Assembly: GCA_963845185.1 (NCBI GenBank) | Contig: CAWJRG010000009.1 | Span: 928,001-992,000, forward strand | Length of the DNA: 64,000 nucleotides | DNA from: an uncultured bacterium | GTDB taxonomy: Bacteria > Oederibacteriota > PGYV01 > CAWJRG01 | Direction of reading: 5' to 3' | Part shown: piece after piece, positions 17,812 to 27,585 of the stretch | Layout: each line of letters opens with the position of its first letter | Position numbering within the stretch: position 1 is the first letter of the stretch | Position numbers and translations under genes: made by a program | The notes under the pieces: model-generated | What the model was told of the DNA's origin: nothing | The model's input: the letters and a program-made list of their open reading frames with translations, nothing else | Databases searched by the model: none

Positions 17812-18519
17812 TTATTTCTTTTGTCCGTTTTCCGGTTTATTATACTCATATCTTGTATTTTCAACAAGTTCCCCTTTTGCATTGTATGCTTTGTGGCGTA
17901 TAAGAACCCCGAATTTATAACTTTCATCTAAATGAAGCTTGCCGTCCTGATAATAAATTTTATGAATACCATGAAGTTTATTCGACATAAATTCAGCCTC
18001 TTCTTTTAATGTCCCATCCGGATAAAATTTTTTCGCTTTCCCTTGCATCGCACCATACTTCATCTCAAAAACAGAAAAAAGTTTTCCATTTTTATAATAG
18101 GTATTTACAGTGCCATCCAACAACCCCTTTTTATAAGATCCTTCCTCATATATTGCGCCATTATCATAGTAAATTTTATATTTGCCTTCTTTCATGCCGG
18201 TTTTATACGAACCTTCCTCCATCATGCCAGGCCTATTGTAATAATAAAACTTGTAAGGCCCTTGTTCAATGCCGTTTTCGTAATTTATCTCGCTTAAAAT
18301 CTTGCCAGATTTATCATATTCCTTGAACGCCCCGGAAAAAGACTCGCCTTTTTTTTCCACTCTGCCATCATTAGAATATGTCCATTTTGCGATTTCTTTG
18401 TTATCACGATAAAAATATCTATAAGTTCCATTCAACCCGCTTTTGGATGTAAGTTTGGCAGCCAACGTTGAAGTTAAAAAAAGTATAAATATCAATATCA
18501 GTACTGATATTTTTTTCAT
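17812..18519 (-). CDS. Secreted MORN-variant repeat (YwqK-like) protein
   Basis: Signal peptide; repeats G.YK.YY.NG....EG.YK.G...G. Confidence 0.85.
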   Translation of the reverse strand: MKKISVLILIFILFLTSTLAAKLTSKSGLNGTYRYFYRDNKEIAKWTYSNDGRVEKKGESFSGAFKEYDKSGKILSEINYENGIEQGPYKFYYYNRPGMMEEGSYKTGMKEGKYKIYYDNGAIYEEGSYKKGLLDGTVNTYYKNGKLFSVFEMKYGAMQGKAKKFYPDGTLKEEAEFMSNKLHGIHKIYYQDGKLHLDESYKFGVLIRHKAYNAKGELVENTRYEYNKPENGQKK

Positions 18520-19964
18520 CTTTCATTCTCATCTAAACTTTTTGTAGGAACTGCGCTTTGAATAATTTGAGTTTGTACCTTATATAATGAATTTGGTATT
18601 CCCCTTTTCTCTTTTGGGCGTTTAGAATCTCTATTACCGTATAAAATTATGGTTTTTACGTCGACATTTTGCTTTATAACTATTGACTGATTTCCGTTTA
18701 TCAGAATATTTCCTATCAAATTCTGATAATCTGAAGCATCATTTATTATTATCCCTCCATTTTGCACCGTATTGCGTAGGAATGTATTGCCTGGCCCGCA
18801 CGGCCCCCAGTAATCTGATATTTCAATTTTCTGCACGATATTGCCTTCAAATAAATTCATAAAAGGATAATGTCCGTGCACTGATATATCGCAAATAGTT
18901 GTACCCGGGTCGTTGTCAGCCGTGGCAAAACTTTCTTTTGAAATGTTATACCCGAATACATTTCCATTGGCGCCAAGATGCACCATCATAGAATGCCTCA
19001 GATGAAAAAATTTGTTATTTTCTACAAGGCAATTTGCAGTGTGATGTTCCATTTCTACCCCATACCCGTGCCCGCCACCGCCGTAATCATACGCATGATG
19101 AAAATAGCAATCACGCACCTCGCATTTATATGAAGTTTCAAGCGCTACGTGGCTTCTCATAACGTATTCACTTTCCACGCTTTTAACCCAGCAATAAGCT
19201 GCATTTTTAATGGTTATCATGTTCCCATCGCCTTTATCAATTCGTTTTAAATGCATGTCTTCAATACCTGCGTTTTTCACAAACTCCAAAGGCCTCAAAC
19301 GAGGATTTAATTTGCTATCGAAAGTTATATGCAGGGGTTCATCAACTATTATTGAATTGCCTTCTATTGTATTAACCCGGAATATCTGTCCAACTGCGTT
19401 TTGCGCCCATGTTTGGTTCCAGTTCGGAGACGTATACATTTTTTTAGGGTCATTGTCTTCAGTAATTTCTGCAAATTTTCCAGGAATAAATAAAGACGGG
19501 GTTTCAACCTCAATTTTAACCGAGCCTTTTTCATATCCTGATTTTGCTTTTTGCCAGTTCCCCGAATCATACAATACTAATGAAATGGCATCTACAGAAG
19601 ATGCCTCGTCTAAATTAAATATTAAATAAGTTTTATCTTTTCCGTCTCCCCGAATTACAATTGACTTTTCTATTGTAATCGGCGATTTAATGAGATAATT
19701 ACCAGCTGGTAAAAAAACTGCCTTCCCAGCTTCACACGCTGTTATTGCTTTTATTAAAGCCTTAAAATCATCGCTTTTCCCATCAGCTTTGGCGCCAAAA
19801 TCCATTATATTTATGCTATTTGGGTAATTTGTTATTCCTTCCGGGATCCCCACGTTTGTCCAATCAATTTTTTGTTCTGGTGGAATTATAGCCGCTGCTG
19901 ATTGTGCAATTAAAACCACTGTAACAATAAATATAAATAATAAAATTAGTAATAATTTTCCCAT
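18516..19964 (-). CDS. Secreted parallel beta-helix protein (pectate lyase 3/GH28-GH55-related)
   Basis: IDW..VGI; NIMDFGAKADGKSDD..A...AI; VFLPAGNY; VIRG.G; HGYG; LVENN.F..LRH. Confidence 0.8.
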   Translation of the reverse strand: MGKLLLILLFIFIVTVVLIAQSAAAIIPPEQKIDWTNVGIPEGITNYPNSINIMDFGAKADGKSDDFKALIKAITACEAGKAVFLPAGNYLIKSPITIEKSIVIRGDGKDKTYLIFNLDEASSVDAISLVLYDSGNWQKAKSGYEKGSVKIEVETPSLFIPGKFAEITEDNDPKKMYTSPNWNQTWAQNAVGQIFRVNTIEGNSIIVDEPLHITFDSKLNPRLRPLEFVKNAGIEDMHLKRIDKGDGNMITIKNAAYCWVKSVESEYVMRSHVALETSYKCEVRDCYFHHAYDYGGGGHGYGVEMEHHTANCLVENNKFFHLRHSMMVHLGANGNVFGYNISKESFATADNDPGTTICDISVHGHYPFMNLFEGNIVQKIEISDYWGPCGPGNTFLRNTVQNGGIIINDASDYQNLIGNILINGNQSIVIKQNVDVKTIILYGNRDSKRPKEKRGIPNSLYKVQTQIIQSAVPTKSLDENER

Positions 19965-20130
19965 TTATCCTACCTTTTATCTTCATATGATTATAATTGT
20001 TACAACAAAACTTACGTCATCGCAGATATAAATCAACATTACTGCTATTGCTTATATTTAATTATAAAAGGCTTGATTTATAATAATTCAGTAACATTTA
20101 CCATAAAATTCCATACTAAATATTATTAAA

Positions 20131-20976
20131 TCATGCCGATTGGCGTATGATAAGCTCCGGTTTAAGTATAATCAGTTTGTTTTCTTCTTTGATTTCCTTT
20201 TTTATACACTGCACAGCCAACTCATAAGCAGTTGAACCCATCTCTGCAAGAGGTTGTCGTACTGTGGTAAGCGGTGGATGGGCATATGCTGCAACATTTA
20301 TATCATCATAGCCTATAACAGCAAGATCTTCAGGTATATTTATATTATTATTTACCTTCGCTTCATCCAATATTCCCATAGCTACATTGTCTCCGGCAGC
20401 GCAAAAAATTGCATCCAAAACGATTTTATTCTTAATAAAACTCTTCATTATTTCCCTTCCTTCATTAAAATTATAATAAGCCACCTGCTTCATTCTATCA
20501 GGATCAAAATGTACTCCATAGTCCTGCAATGCTTTTTTGTATCCTATCATCCTTTCAACCACGTTGGCATTGGTTTTATCTTCCTTAAATTCTCCCACCA
20601 CAAAGCCAATTTTTTTTCTGCCCAGTTTGATAAGATGTTCAGTTGCCATGTAAGCTCCTCTAACATTGTCAACTTTTACGGTATGGGCGCCTTCCATAAA
20701 CTCCTCGACAAAAACAACAGGTATCCCTGCGTTTTTATAATCTTGTAGCAAATCTTGATCCATTGGTACGCTTATGGATATAAGGGCATCTGTGCGTTTT
20801 TCAGTCAAAATTGTCTTAAGCATATCCCTTTCTACTTCCGGATTACCTGTAGTGGGATAATAATTGATTTCGTAAGGGCTGTTAAAAAGATGTGGTTCAA
20901 TGCCCTGCAGTATTTCATGCACAAAATTATTGGAAAAAAGAAATGAAACCACAGATATTGTGTGCGTTTTTTCCAT
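20131..20976 (-). CDS. LacI-family ligand-binding domain without an N-terminal HTH
   Basis: GGGAG RBS then ATG; VDNVRGAYMATEHL..GR.KI, DAIFC..D..AMG, PEDLAVIGYDD, PLTTVRQP. Confidence 0.85.
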   Translation of the reverse strand: MEKTHTISVVSFLFSNNFVHEILQGIEPHLFNSPYEINYYPTTGNPEVERDMLKTILTEKRTDALISISVPMDQDLLQDYKNAGIPVVFVEEFMEGAHTVKVDNVRGAYMATEHLIKLGRKKIGFVVGEFKEDKTNANVVERMIGYKKALQDYGVHFDPDRMKQVAYYNFNEGREIMKSFIKNKIVLDAIFCAAGDNVAMGILDEAKVNNNINIPEDLAVIGYDDINVAAYAHPPLTTVRQPLAEMGSTAYELAVQCIKKEIKEENKLIILKPELIIRQSA

Positions 20977-21210
20977 ATTTTATTTACTCCCTATTTTATA
21001 CACTAAAATTTATTATATAATGTTACACAATTAAATATGTAAAATCAAGAGCTATTCGTTTGAAATTTTAAAAAAAGCGTGATTTTAGTATTTTGCTATT
21101 TTTGTTAATAATTAAATATGAATATTATTACGCTCACAATAAAACGGAACTTTTTCATAAGGCAGGTTTAAATTTTGATTTTTAGTATATGCATCCGTGA
21201 ATATATAAAA

Positions 21211-21405
21211 TTAAACTTTCCTATTTTCCCCACTATAGATTAAAGCATTATCTATCCATTTTTCCAGCATTTCTTTTTTAAACCGCCATGCCTTTGAAAT
21301 TTTAATACCAGGTAGTTTTTTTTCGTGAACAAGTTTATATACAGTGACGGGTTTAACTTTTAAAAAATCAGCTACATCCTTAATTGTCATTAATTCTTCC
21401 AGCAT
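21211..21405 (-). CDS. Excisionase-like HTH (HTH_17) DNA-binding protein
   Basis: LMTIKDVADFLKV...TVYKL....LPG.K....WRF. Confidence 0.88.
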   Translation of the reverse strand: MLEELMTIKDVADFLKVKPVTVYKLVHEKKLPGIKISKAWRFKKEMLEKWIDNALIYSGENRKV

Positions 21406-21425
21406 TTATACCTCAAAATATTTCT

Positions 21426-21806
21426 TTAGTTACGACTACAGCTTTCGTGTGTTTCGCTAATAAATTGTTCCAAGAATTTTTGATCTTCTTCTTTTAGCGC
21501 AATAAAACTCAATCCTATTTCATATAGCCCCGCCGAATTTTCAAGGTTACACCATTCAACCTCGCAAAAAGCCTTAATTATTCTGTTATCCGAATTTGTT
21601 ACATTTATTTCAACGCGTAAAACAATTCCTTCTTCTATTTTGTGGGGTATCAAAATACATATACCGCCTTTAGATATGTTTTTTATTTTCCCTTTCTCAT
21701 AACCAAAGTTAATTTTATCTAAATCGCTGCTGAGTATTTTATACTTGGTTTCTCCCACAATATCAATACGATTGGTTATACGTCTTTCTAAAAACTCTGT
21801 TTGCAT
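21426..21806 (-). CDS. Stand-alone PilZ-domain protein
   Basis: ERRITNR (RxxxR) and NISKGG (D/NxSxxG). Confidence 0.9.
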   Translation of the reverse strand: MQTEFLERRITNRIDIVGETKYKILSSDLDKINFGYEKGKIKNISKGGICILIPHKIEEGIVLRVEINVTNSDNRIIKAFCEVEWCNLENSAGLYEIGLSFIALKEEDQKFLEQFISETHESCSRN

Positions 21807-21844
21807 AATAAATCACCTCCACAAATTATTTCCTTCAGATATAA

Positions 21845-21954
21845 ACAAGAAGTGTGCCAAATTTAATTTATATAATTAAAGAACTTTTAATTTTAAATAT
21901 AATAAAAATGTGCCTGAAGGAACACTTTATTTCCTTTTTGTCCTTATTGGTACA
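21845..21954 (-). promoter_or_regulatory. Sigma54-type promoter with two upstream TGT-N10-ACA sites
   Basis: TTGGCACACTTCTTGT (21860-21845; GG-N10-GT); tgtgcctgaaggaaca 21909-21924 and tgtccttattggtaca 21939-21954. Confidence 0.6.
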
Positions 21955-23309
21955 ATTGAAGCCAATTTGTATTTTTGGATTTTTTTTGTTAGTATTTTTC
22001 GCGTTATGCCTAAAATTTGGCAAGCTTTTGTTTGATTGCCTTTTGTTTGAATTAAAGCATTTATAATTGAACTCTTTTCGATTTCATGCAGGGGGGTATT
22101 AATTGGTATAGTCATAATTTTTTCCCCTGTTACTCCGTGATAATTTGATAAATTAATTAGCTCCGAAGATATAACTTTATTGTTTGAAAGCACAACTGCT
22201 TCTTCAATGACGTTCTTAAGCTCCCTTATATTTCCAGGCCAATTATATTCCATAAGCAATTTCATAGCGTCTTCAGAAATAAATTTTTGTTCAATATTAT
22301 TTCGGAGGGTAACTTCATTAAGGAAATAATCAATAAGCAAAGGTATATCCTCTTTTCTATCGCGTAAGAGAGGGAGAGATAAGGTAATAACATTTAGTCT
22401 ATAGTAAAGATCTTCTCTAAAGTTCCCTTTCTCAACAGCTGTTTTTAAATCAATATTGGTAGCGCTTATTATCCGTACATCAATGCTTTTCAGTTTATTG
22501 CTGCCTAGTGGTTCAATCTTCCTCTCTTCAAGAACCCTTAAAAGTTTTGCCTGTACTTTGTCATTAATATTCGCAATTTCGTCAAGAAAAATTGTACCTT
22601 TATCCGCAATTTCAAATTTTCCCGGTTTATTCCCGTAAGCACCGGTAAATGCTCCCTTAACATATCCGAATAATTCTGATTCCTGCAAGCCTTCCGGTAT
22701 CGCTGCTAAATTAATTGAAATCAATTTGTTTTTTGCTCTTACCGAAAGATTATGAATGGCTTTTGCTACCATTTCTTTTCCAGTACCGCTTTCACCGGTT
22801 ATCAGCACTGTTGAATCTACTTTAGCAATATTTATTATCTTGTTGAATATATCCTTCATTTTGGAAGATTTGCCTATCATATTCTGAAATACATTCTCGC
22901 CATGTAGTTCGCCTTTTAGTAAAGCAAGATCTTGTTCCATTTTTATTTTTTCAAAGAATCTAGCAATAATCATTTTTAGCTCATCATAATTTATTGGTTT
23001 TTGAATATAATCTTCTATCCCTATTTTCATAGCTTTTACCGCTGATTCGACTGTACCATAGGCTGTCATTATTACAACTATCACATCTTTATCTATTTCC
23101 TTGAGCTTAAGGTAAAGGTCTAATCCATCAAAATCAGGCATTTTTAAATCGAGTAGAATTATATGGACTTTCTCATTTTCGACAATTTTTAACGCTTCCC
23201 CACCATTTGTTGAAGTAAATATTTTATACCCTTCTCTTTCAAGTATGGCTTTTAGCACTCTTACCGTGGTTTCGTTATCATCTATTACCAATATTTTTTT
23301 ATCCTGCAC
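21927..23309 (-). CDS. Sigma54-dependent response regulator (NtrC/AtoC family)
   Basis: Receiver IDD..LLDLKMP; GESGTGKE; ESELFG..KGAFTGA; WPGNIREL; Fis-type HTH; probable GTG start at 23309. Confidence 0.95.
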   Translation of the reverse strand: MQDKKILVIDDNETTVRVLKAILEREGYKIFTSTNGGEALKIVENEKVHIILLDLKMPDFDGLDLYLKLKEIDKDVIVVIMTAYGTVESAVKAMKIGIEDYIQKPINYDELKMIIARFFEKIKMEQDLALLKGELHGENVFQNMIGKSSKMKDIFNKIINIAKVDSTVLITGESGTGKEMVAKAIHNLSVRAKNKLISINLAAIPEGLQESELFGYVKGAFTGAYGNKPGKFEIADKGTIFLDEIANINDKVQAKLLRVLEERKIEPLGSNKLKSIDVRIISATNIDLKTAVEKGNFREDLYYRLNVITLSLPLLRDRKEDIPLLIDYFLNEVTLRNNIEQKFISEDAMKLLMEYNWPGNIRELKNVIEEAVVLSNNKVISSELINLSNYHGVTGEKIMTIPINTPLHEIEKSSIINALIQTKGNQTKACQILGITRKILTKKIQKYKLASIVPIRTKRK

Positions 23310-24207
23310 GCTTTCCGACCTCACTTTTTAAAGGGATTGAAACAGTAAAAGATGTGCCTTTATTTTTAGAGCTTTTTACATTAATTTTGCCGCTATGCCT
23401 TTTTACAATAGTTTTGGAAATATTTAGTCCTATGCCCATGCCGTCCTTTTTAGTCGTATAAAATGGTGTAAATATTTTTTTTAAATCTTTTTTATTGATA
23501 CCTATGCCGTTGTCTTTTACCGTAATATACACATTTATTTTGTCCGCGTCTACAATTACTTCTATTAAAGGGTTTTTTGTATTATTGACAGCGTCATGAG
23601 CGTTTGATAAAAGATTAACTATAACCTGCCTAATCTGTTCCTGATCTATCAATATTTCAGGGATGTTTGTTTTTTTCACCTTTATATTTATTTCAGTCGT
23701 AAAATTGTGTTTAGCAAGCATTATTATTCCGTTTATAAGGTTTATTATGTCGCTTTTTTGAAGTTTTAATTTCATGCCACGTGAAAAACTCATAAATTCA
23801 TTCAAGTAACTATCTAGCCTACTGATTTCCCCTATAATTATCCGCGTAAATTCCTTTATATTATTATTATCTCCGTAATTATCTTCAAGATAAAGTGTGG
23901 CGCCTTTAATAGAATTTAATGGGTTTTTTATTTCATGCGCCAGTGCAGCAACCATCGATTCAGTTACTTCATTTGCGCCTCTGTTAATATCTCCATAAAA
24001 ATCTTTTTCGCTATTTTCTGCTGAAATCGTTTTAAACAAATTATATGTGATTAATATGATTGTAAAAGAAACAAAAATAACCGGGATAATCAACCATAAT
24101 TTATAAAACAGAACCAAAAAACAAGAATATAAAAAAACAACAGCTGCGCCGGTAAGAATCCAAAGCTCTAATGATTTTTTTTGACTGTTCATGTCCAAGT
24201 AATCCAC
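23299..24207 (-). CDS. Sensor histidine kinase (two TM helices, little extracellular domain)
   Basis: AHEIKNPL, NLLSNA, DNGIGI, FYTTK..GMGIGL. Confidence 0.93.
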   Translation of the reverse strand: MDYLDMNSQKKSLELWILTGAAVVFLYSCFLVLFYKLWLIIPVIFVSFTIILITYNLFKTISAENSEKDFYGDINRGANEVTESMVAALAHEIKNPLNSIKGATLYLEDNYGDNNNIKEFTRIIIGEISRLDSYLNEFMSFSRGMKLKLQKSDIINLINGIIMLAKHNFTTEINIKVKKTNIPEILIDQEQIRQVIVNLLSNAHDAVNNTKNPLIEVIVDADKINVYITVKDNGIGINKKDLKKIFTPFYTTKKDGMGIGLNISKTIVKRHSGKINVKSSKNKGTSFTVSIPLKSEVGKRAG

Positions 24208-24215
24208 TTCTTTTC

Positions 24216-24932
24216 TTAATTTTTCATCACATTTATCATTTCCCGGACAGCTTTATTCATGCCTACAATGACTGCTCTTGCTACAATATTATGTCCGATG
24301 TTCAAATCTTCTATTATTTTTATATTGGAAATCTCGCTTACGTTACTGTAAGTAAGTCCATGCCCTGCATTTATCCCCAATCCAATATTGTGTGCAAAAC
24401 ATACGGCATTTTTTATTTTTTCTAATTCCTTTTTGATCGTCTTTTTATTTTTGGCATTTGCATATTGGCCTGTATGTATTTCAATAAAGTCGGCTCCGCA
24501 GTCTTTTGAAGCTTTTATCTGCAAAAAATCAGGATTAACAAATAGGCTTACTATTATTTTCTTGCCATGAAGTTTTCGTATTACATTTTTTAATCTATTT
24601 TTATATTTTATCACATCCATCCCACCCTCCGTCGTAAGTTCCCGCCTTTTTTCCGGCACTATAGTCGCTTCATCTGGCACTATTTTAAGAGCTTGATTGA
24701 CTATAGCTTTATTTATTGACATTTCAAGATTGAATTTGATTTTTAAAATCTTTTTTAAACGCTCCACGTCTCTATCGTTAATATGTCTTCTGTCTTCCCT
24801 TAAATGAACGGTTACACCTGCTGCGCCTGCTGCTTCGACTATTTTAGCAGCTTCTACAGGATCTGGCACTCTCTCCTTTCTTGCTTGCCTGACCGTAGCC
24901 ACATGGTCTATGTTAACACATAATTTTGCCAT
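24216..24932 (-). CDS. pdxJ: Pyridoxine 5'-phosphate synthase
   Basis: VNIDHVATVRQAR, HLREDRRHI, TTEGG, NAGHGL, NIGH. Confidence 0.97.
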   Translation of the reverse strand: MAKLCVNIDHVATVRQARKERVPDPVEAAKIVEAAGAAGVTVHLREDRRHINDRDVERLKKILKIKFNLEMSINKAIVNQALKIVPDEATIVPEKRRELTTEGGMDVIKYKNRLKNVIRKLHGKKIIVSLFVNPDFLQIKASKDCGADFIEIHTGQYANAKNKKTIKKELEKIKNAVCFAHNIGLGINAGHGLTYSNVSEISNIKIIEDLNIGHNIVARAVIVGMNKAVREMINVMKN

Positions 24933-24934
24933 TT

Positions 24935-25357
24935 CTATTTACCTCCGGCCTTTTGTCCAGACAAACGTGATATACTTTTTAAAATAACGCTTATCTGCAT
25001 TGGCGATATTTCCTCTATAGCAATAACATTTGGTAAAAATTTTATATTTTGCCGCGTGATTTTAATGATATTTTCGCCTTCCTGAGCTTTCTTTAAATCA
25101 ATTACGGCTATTATATTTTTTCTTTCGATCTTTGCTATGTCATCACGCCTTCCAACAATAAGGACATCGAGAGAATTCTTGAAATTATTTGTTATTTCCA
25201 TATTTACCGGAAGATTATTGATTTCAACAGGGATATTAAGCAATATGTTTAAGTTCTGCTCCTTGACAACATATATCCACAGAATTATTGCTAATATAAT
25301 CGAAGCAAGTTTATATTGCCATTTATCCGCAACTACATTTCTAAGAAAATTTTTCAT
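24935..25357 (-). CDS. cdaR: CdaR/YbbR-like protein (short, one YbbR domain)
   Basis: KL.SIILAIILW.YV; directly downstream of cdaA. Confidence 0.8.
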   Translation of the reverse strand: MKNFLRNVVADKWQYKLASIILAIILWIYVVKEQNLNILLNIPVEINNLPVNMEITNNFKNSLDVLIVGRRDDIAKIERKNIIAVIDLKKAQEGENIIKITRQNIKFLPNVIAIEEISPMQISVILKSISRLSGQKAGGK

Positions 25358-25369
25358 GGAATTTTACCT

Positions 25370-26149
25370 CTATCTTATTTTAGGTGCGTATAAAGAAAGA
25401 ATTTCAAGAAGGGTTTCGCCATTTATATCTGGAGTTATCTTGCCGCCTATCGCTAGTGATATTGTTTTTCTTTCTTCCGAAACAATTATCGTTATCGCAT
25501 CTGTTTCTTCGGATATACCTATTGCAGCCCTGTGCCTCATTCCGTATGATTTATCAATGTCTTCTTTTTGAGTTAGAGGCAATATACAGCCTGCTGCAAC
25601 TATTCTTCCTTCCCTTATTATCACAGCGCCGTCATGAAGCGGAGATTTCGAGTTAAATATTGTTACGAGTAGTTCAGATGTTGTTTCTGCATCAATTTTG
25701 GTTCCGGTATCTATAAATGCCTTCAGGTTTATATCTCTCTCTAGAACTATAAGCGCCCCTGTTTTCTTTTTGCTCATTATTTCGGCAGCTGCCCTTATTT
25801 CTTTGTAAAGCTGTACATGCTCTTTAAAAAAAACACCCCGAAACATCCTGTTTTGTCCCAGTTCGACAAGAGCCCTTCTCAATTCAGGCTGAAATACAAT
25901 TACAAATGCGATAATCCAGACAGCACTTAATGCAGTTAAAATCCATGTTAATGTATAAAGGTTTAACAATTTTGCTATAAAAACAAAAAACAATATTACC
26001 ACAAGTCCATTAAGCATTTGAACAGCCCTAGTTTCATAAAGCAGAAGAAAAACATTATATATTACAAAGCTTACAAGCAATATATCCATTATATCATTCC
26101 ATTTAATACTCATAAGTAAAAATGGCATCGTCTTTAAAAAATCCATCAT
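25370..26149 (-). CDS. cdaA: Diadenylate cyclase CdaA/DacA
   Basis: Three TM helices; VFQPELRRAL; LHDGA; GMRHRAA; VSEE. Confidence 0.96.
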   Translation of the reverse strand: MMDFLKTMPFLLMSIKWNDIMDILLVSFVIYNVFLLLYETRAVQMLNGLVVILFFVFIAKLLNLYTLTWILTALSAVWIIAFVIVFQPELRRALVELGQNRMFRGVFFKEHVQLYKEIRAAAEIMSKKKTGALIVLERDINLKAFIDTGTKIDAETTSELLVTIFNSKSPLHDGAVIIREGRIVAAGCILPLTQKEDIDKSYGMRHRAAIGISEETDAITIIVSEERKTISLAIGGKITPDINGETLLEILSLYAPKIR

Positions 26150-26150
26150 A

Positions 26151-27011
26151 TCACTTCACCGCCTGCATTGGCTTACTGCCTATCATTGCATCCATAATTT
26201 TGGATATTTCGCCCATTTCTTTTACGTCATGTACCCTTATAATGTTTGCGCCTTTCATTATTCCATATGAAACAACCGCTGCTGTGCCGAACAGCCTTTT
26301 TCTAGGTTCAGCATCAAGAATCTTGCCAATGAATGATTTCCTTGAAGGTCCAATCAAAAGCGGCATGCCGAAGCCCTTAAATTCATCAAGGTTATTCATT
26401 ATTTCTATATTGTGTTGAATTGTTTTTCCAAAACCTATTCCGGGATCAAGGATTATTTTATGATAGTCAATACCTGAAGATACTGCGCTGTTTATTCTTT
26501 TTTCAAAAAATTTTTTTATATCGTTTATTACGCCCGCCGGTGAATAAGACGGGTTATCCTGCATTGTTGCCGGTGTCCCTTGCATATGCATAATGATATA
26601 ATAAGCTTTAAACTCTGCAGCAATTTCAAATATAGCGCTGTCATATGCTCCAGAATACACATCATTTATAATGTCCGCACCGGCTTCCAAAGCTTTCTTT
26701 GCAACAAATGGTTTATAAGTATCTATAGATATAACTATATCATTGTTCTTTTTGCGTATGGCTTCTATAACCGGTATGACTCTTTCCGCCTCTTCTTCGG
26801 GATTTAAAGCCGTTGCGCCAGGTTTTGTTGATTCTCCCCCTATATCAATAATATCCGCGCCGTTTCTTATCATTTTAAATGCGTGTTTTACAGCTTTATC
26901 TTTATCAAAGTATAATCCGCTTTCAAAAAATGAATCCGTGGTAATATTTAATATACCCATTAAATAGGTCTTTTTAAAATCAAAATCAGTTTTTCTTATC
27001 CGCATAAACAT
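26151..27011 (-). CDS. folP: Dihydropteroate synthase
   Basis: MGILN.T.DSF, IDIGGEST.PG, DPGIGFGK, SRKSF, RVHDV. Confidence 0.97.
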   Translation of the reverse strand: MFMRIRKTDFDFKKTYLMGILNITTDSFFESGLYFDKDKAVKHAFKMIRNGADIIDIGGESTKPGATALNPEEEAERVIPVIEAIRKKNNDIVISIDTYKPFVAKKALEAGADIINDVYSGAYDSAIFEIAAEFKAYYIIMHMQGTPATMQDNPSYSPAGVINDIKKFFEKRINSAVSSGIDYHKIILDPGIGFGKTIQHNIEIMNNLDEFKGFGMPLLIGPSRKSFIGKILDAEPRKRLFGTAAVVSYGIMKGANIIRVHDVKEMGEISKIMDAMIGSKPMQAVK

Positions 27012-27021
27012 GACAAACTCC

Positions 27022-27585
27022 CTAATTTTTATGTCCTATAAGATCAAGCGCCTCTTTTCTTGTAGATTCATTTTTCCTGAAGGCTCCTCTTAGAGCTGAA
27101 GTAACCATTTTTGAGCCCGGCTTTTTAACACCCCTCATTGTCATGCAAAGGTGCTCAGCCTCGATTATGACAAGCACGCCGAGCGGATCAATGCAAGTGA
27201 CTATGAAGTCGGCTATTTGAGAAGTAAGCCTTTCCTGAAGTTGCAGCCGTTTCGCAAATATCTCGACAATCCTTGCAAGCTTGCTCAAACCCAACAGATT
27301 GTTGTTGCTTGGTATGTATGCTATATGCGCCTTACCGAGAAAAGGCATAAGATGATGTTCGCACACAGAATAAAATGGTATGTCTTTTAAAATAATCATT
27401 TCGTCATGTTCTTCGGAATTAAAAACTTTGATAAGTTTTTTAGGGTTCTGATTTATACCCGAAAAAATCTCTTCATACATGTCGGCAACTCGTCGTGGGG
27501 TTTCTTTAAGACCTTCCCTATTTACGTTATCCCCTATTGCACTTATAATCATTTTAATTGCCTTTTTAATTTTTTCCTTATTCAT
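27022..27585 (-). CDS. folE: GTP cyclohydrolase I
   Basis: [26 protein letters not shown]. Confidence 0.97.
   Translation of the reverse strand: MNKEKIKKAIKMIISAIGDNVNREGLKETPRRVADMYEEIFSGINQNPKKLIKVFNSEEHDEMIILKDIPFYSVCEHHLMPFLGKAHIAYIPSNNNLLGLSKLARIVEIFAKRLQLQERLTSQIADFIVTCIDPLGVLVIIEAEHLCMTMRGVKKPGSKMVTSALRGAFRKNESTRKEALDLIGHKN

Noticed and set aside
17812..18519. Toxin-antitoxin pair implied by the YwqK-like label
   Set aside because: It is a secreted MORN-variant repeat protein with no adjacent toxin gene.
21211..21405. Prophage or ICE implied by the excisionase-like gene
   Set aside because: No integrase, att duplication or phage genes; HTH_17 proteins are commonly stand-alone regulators.
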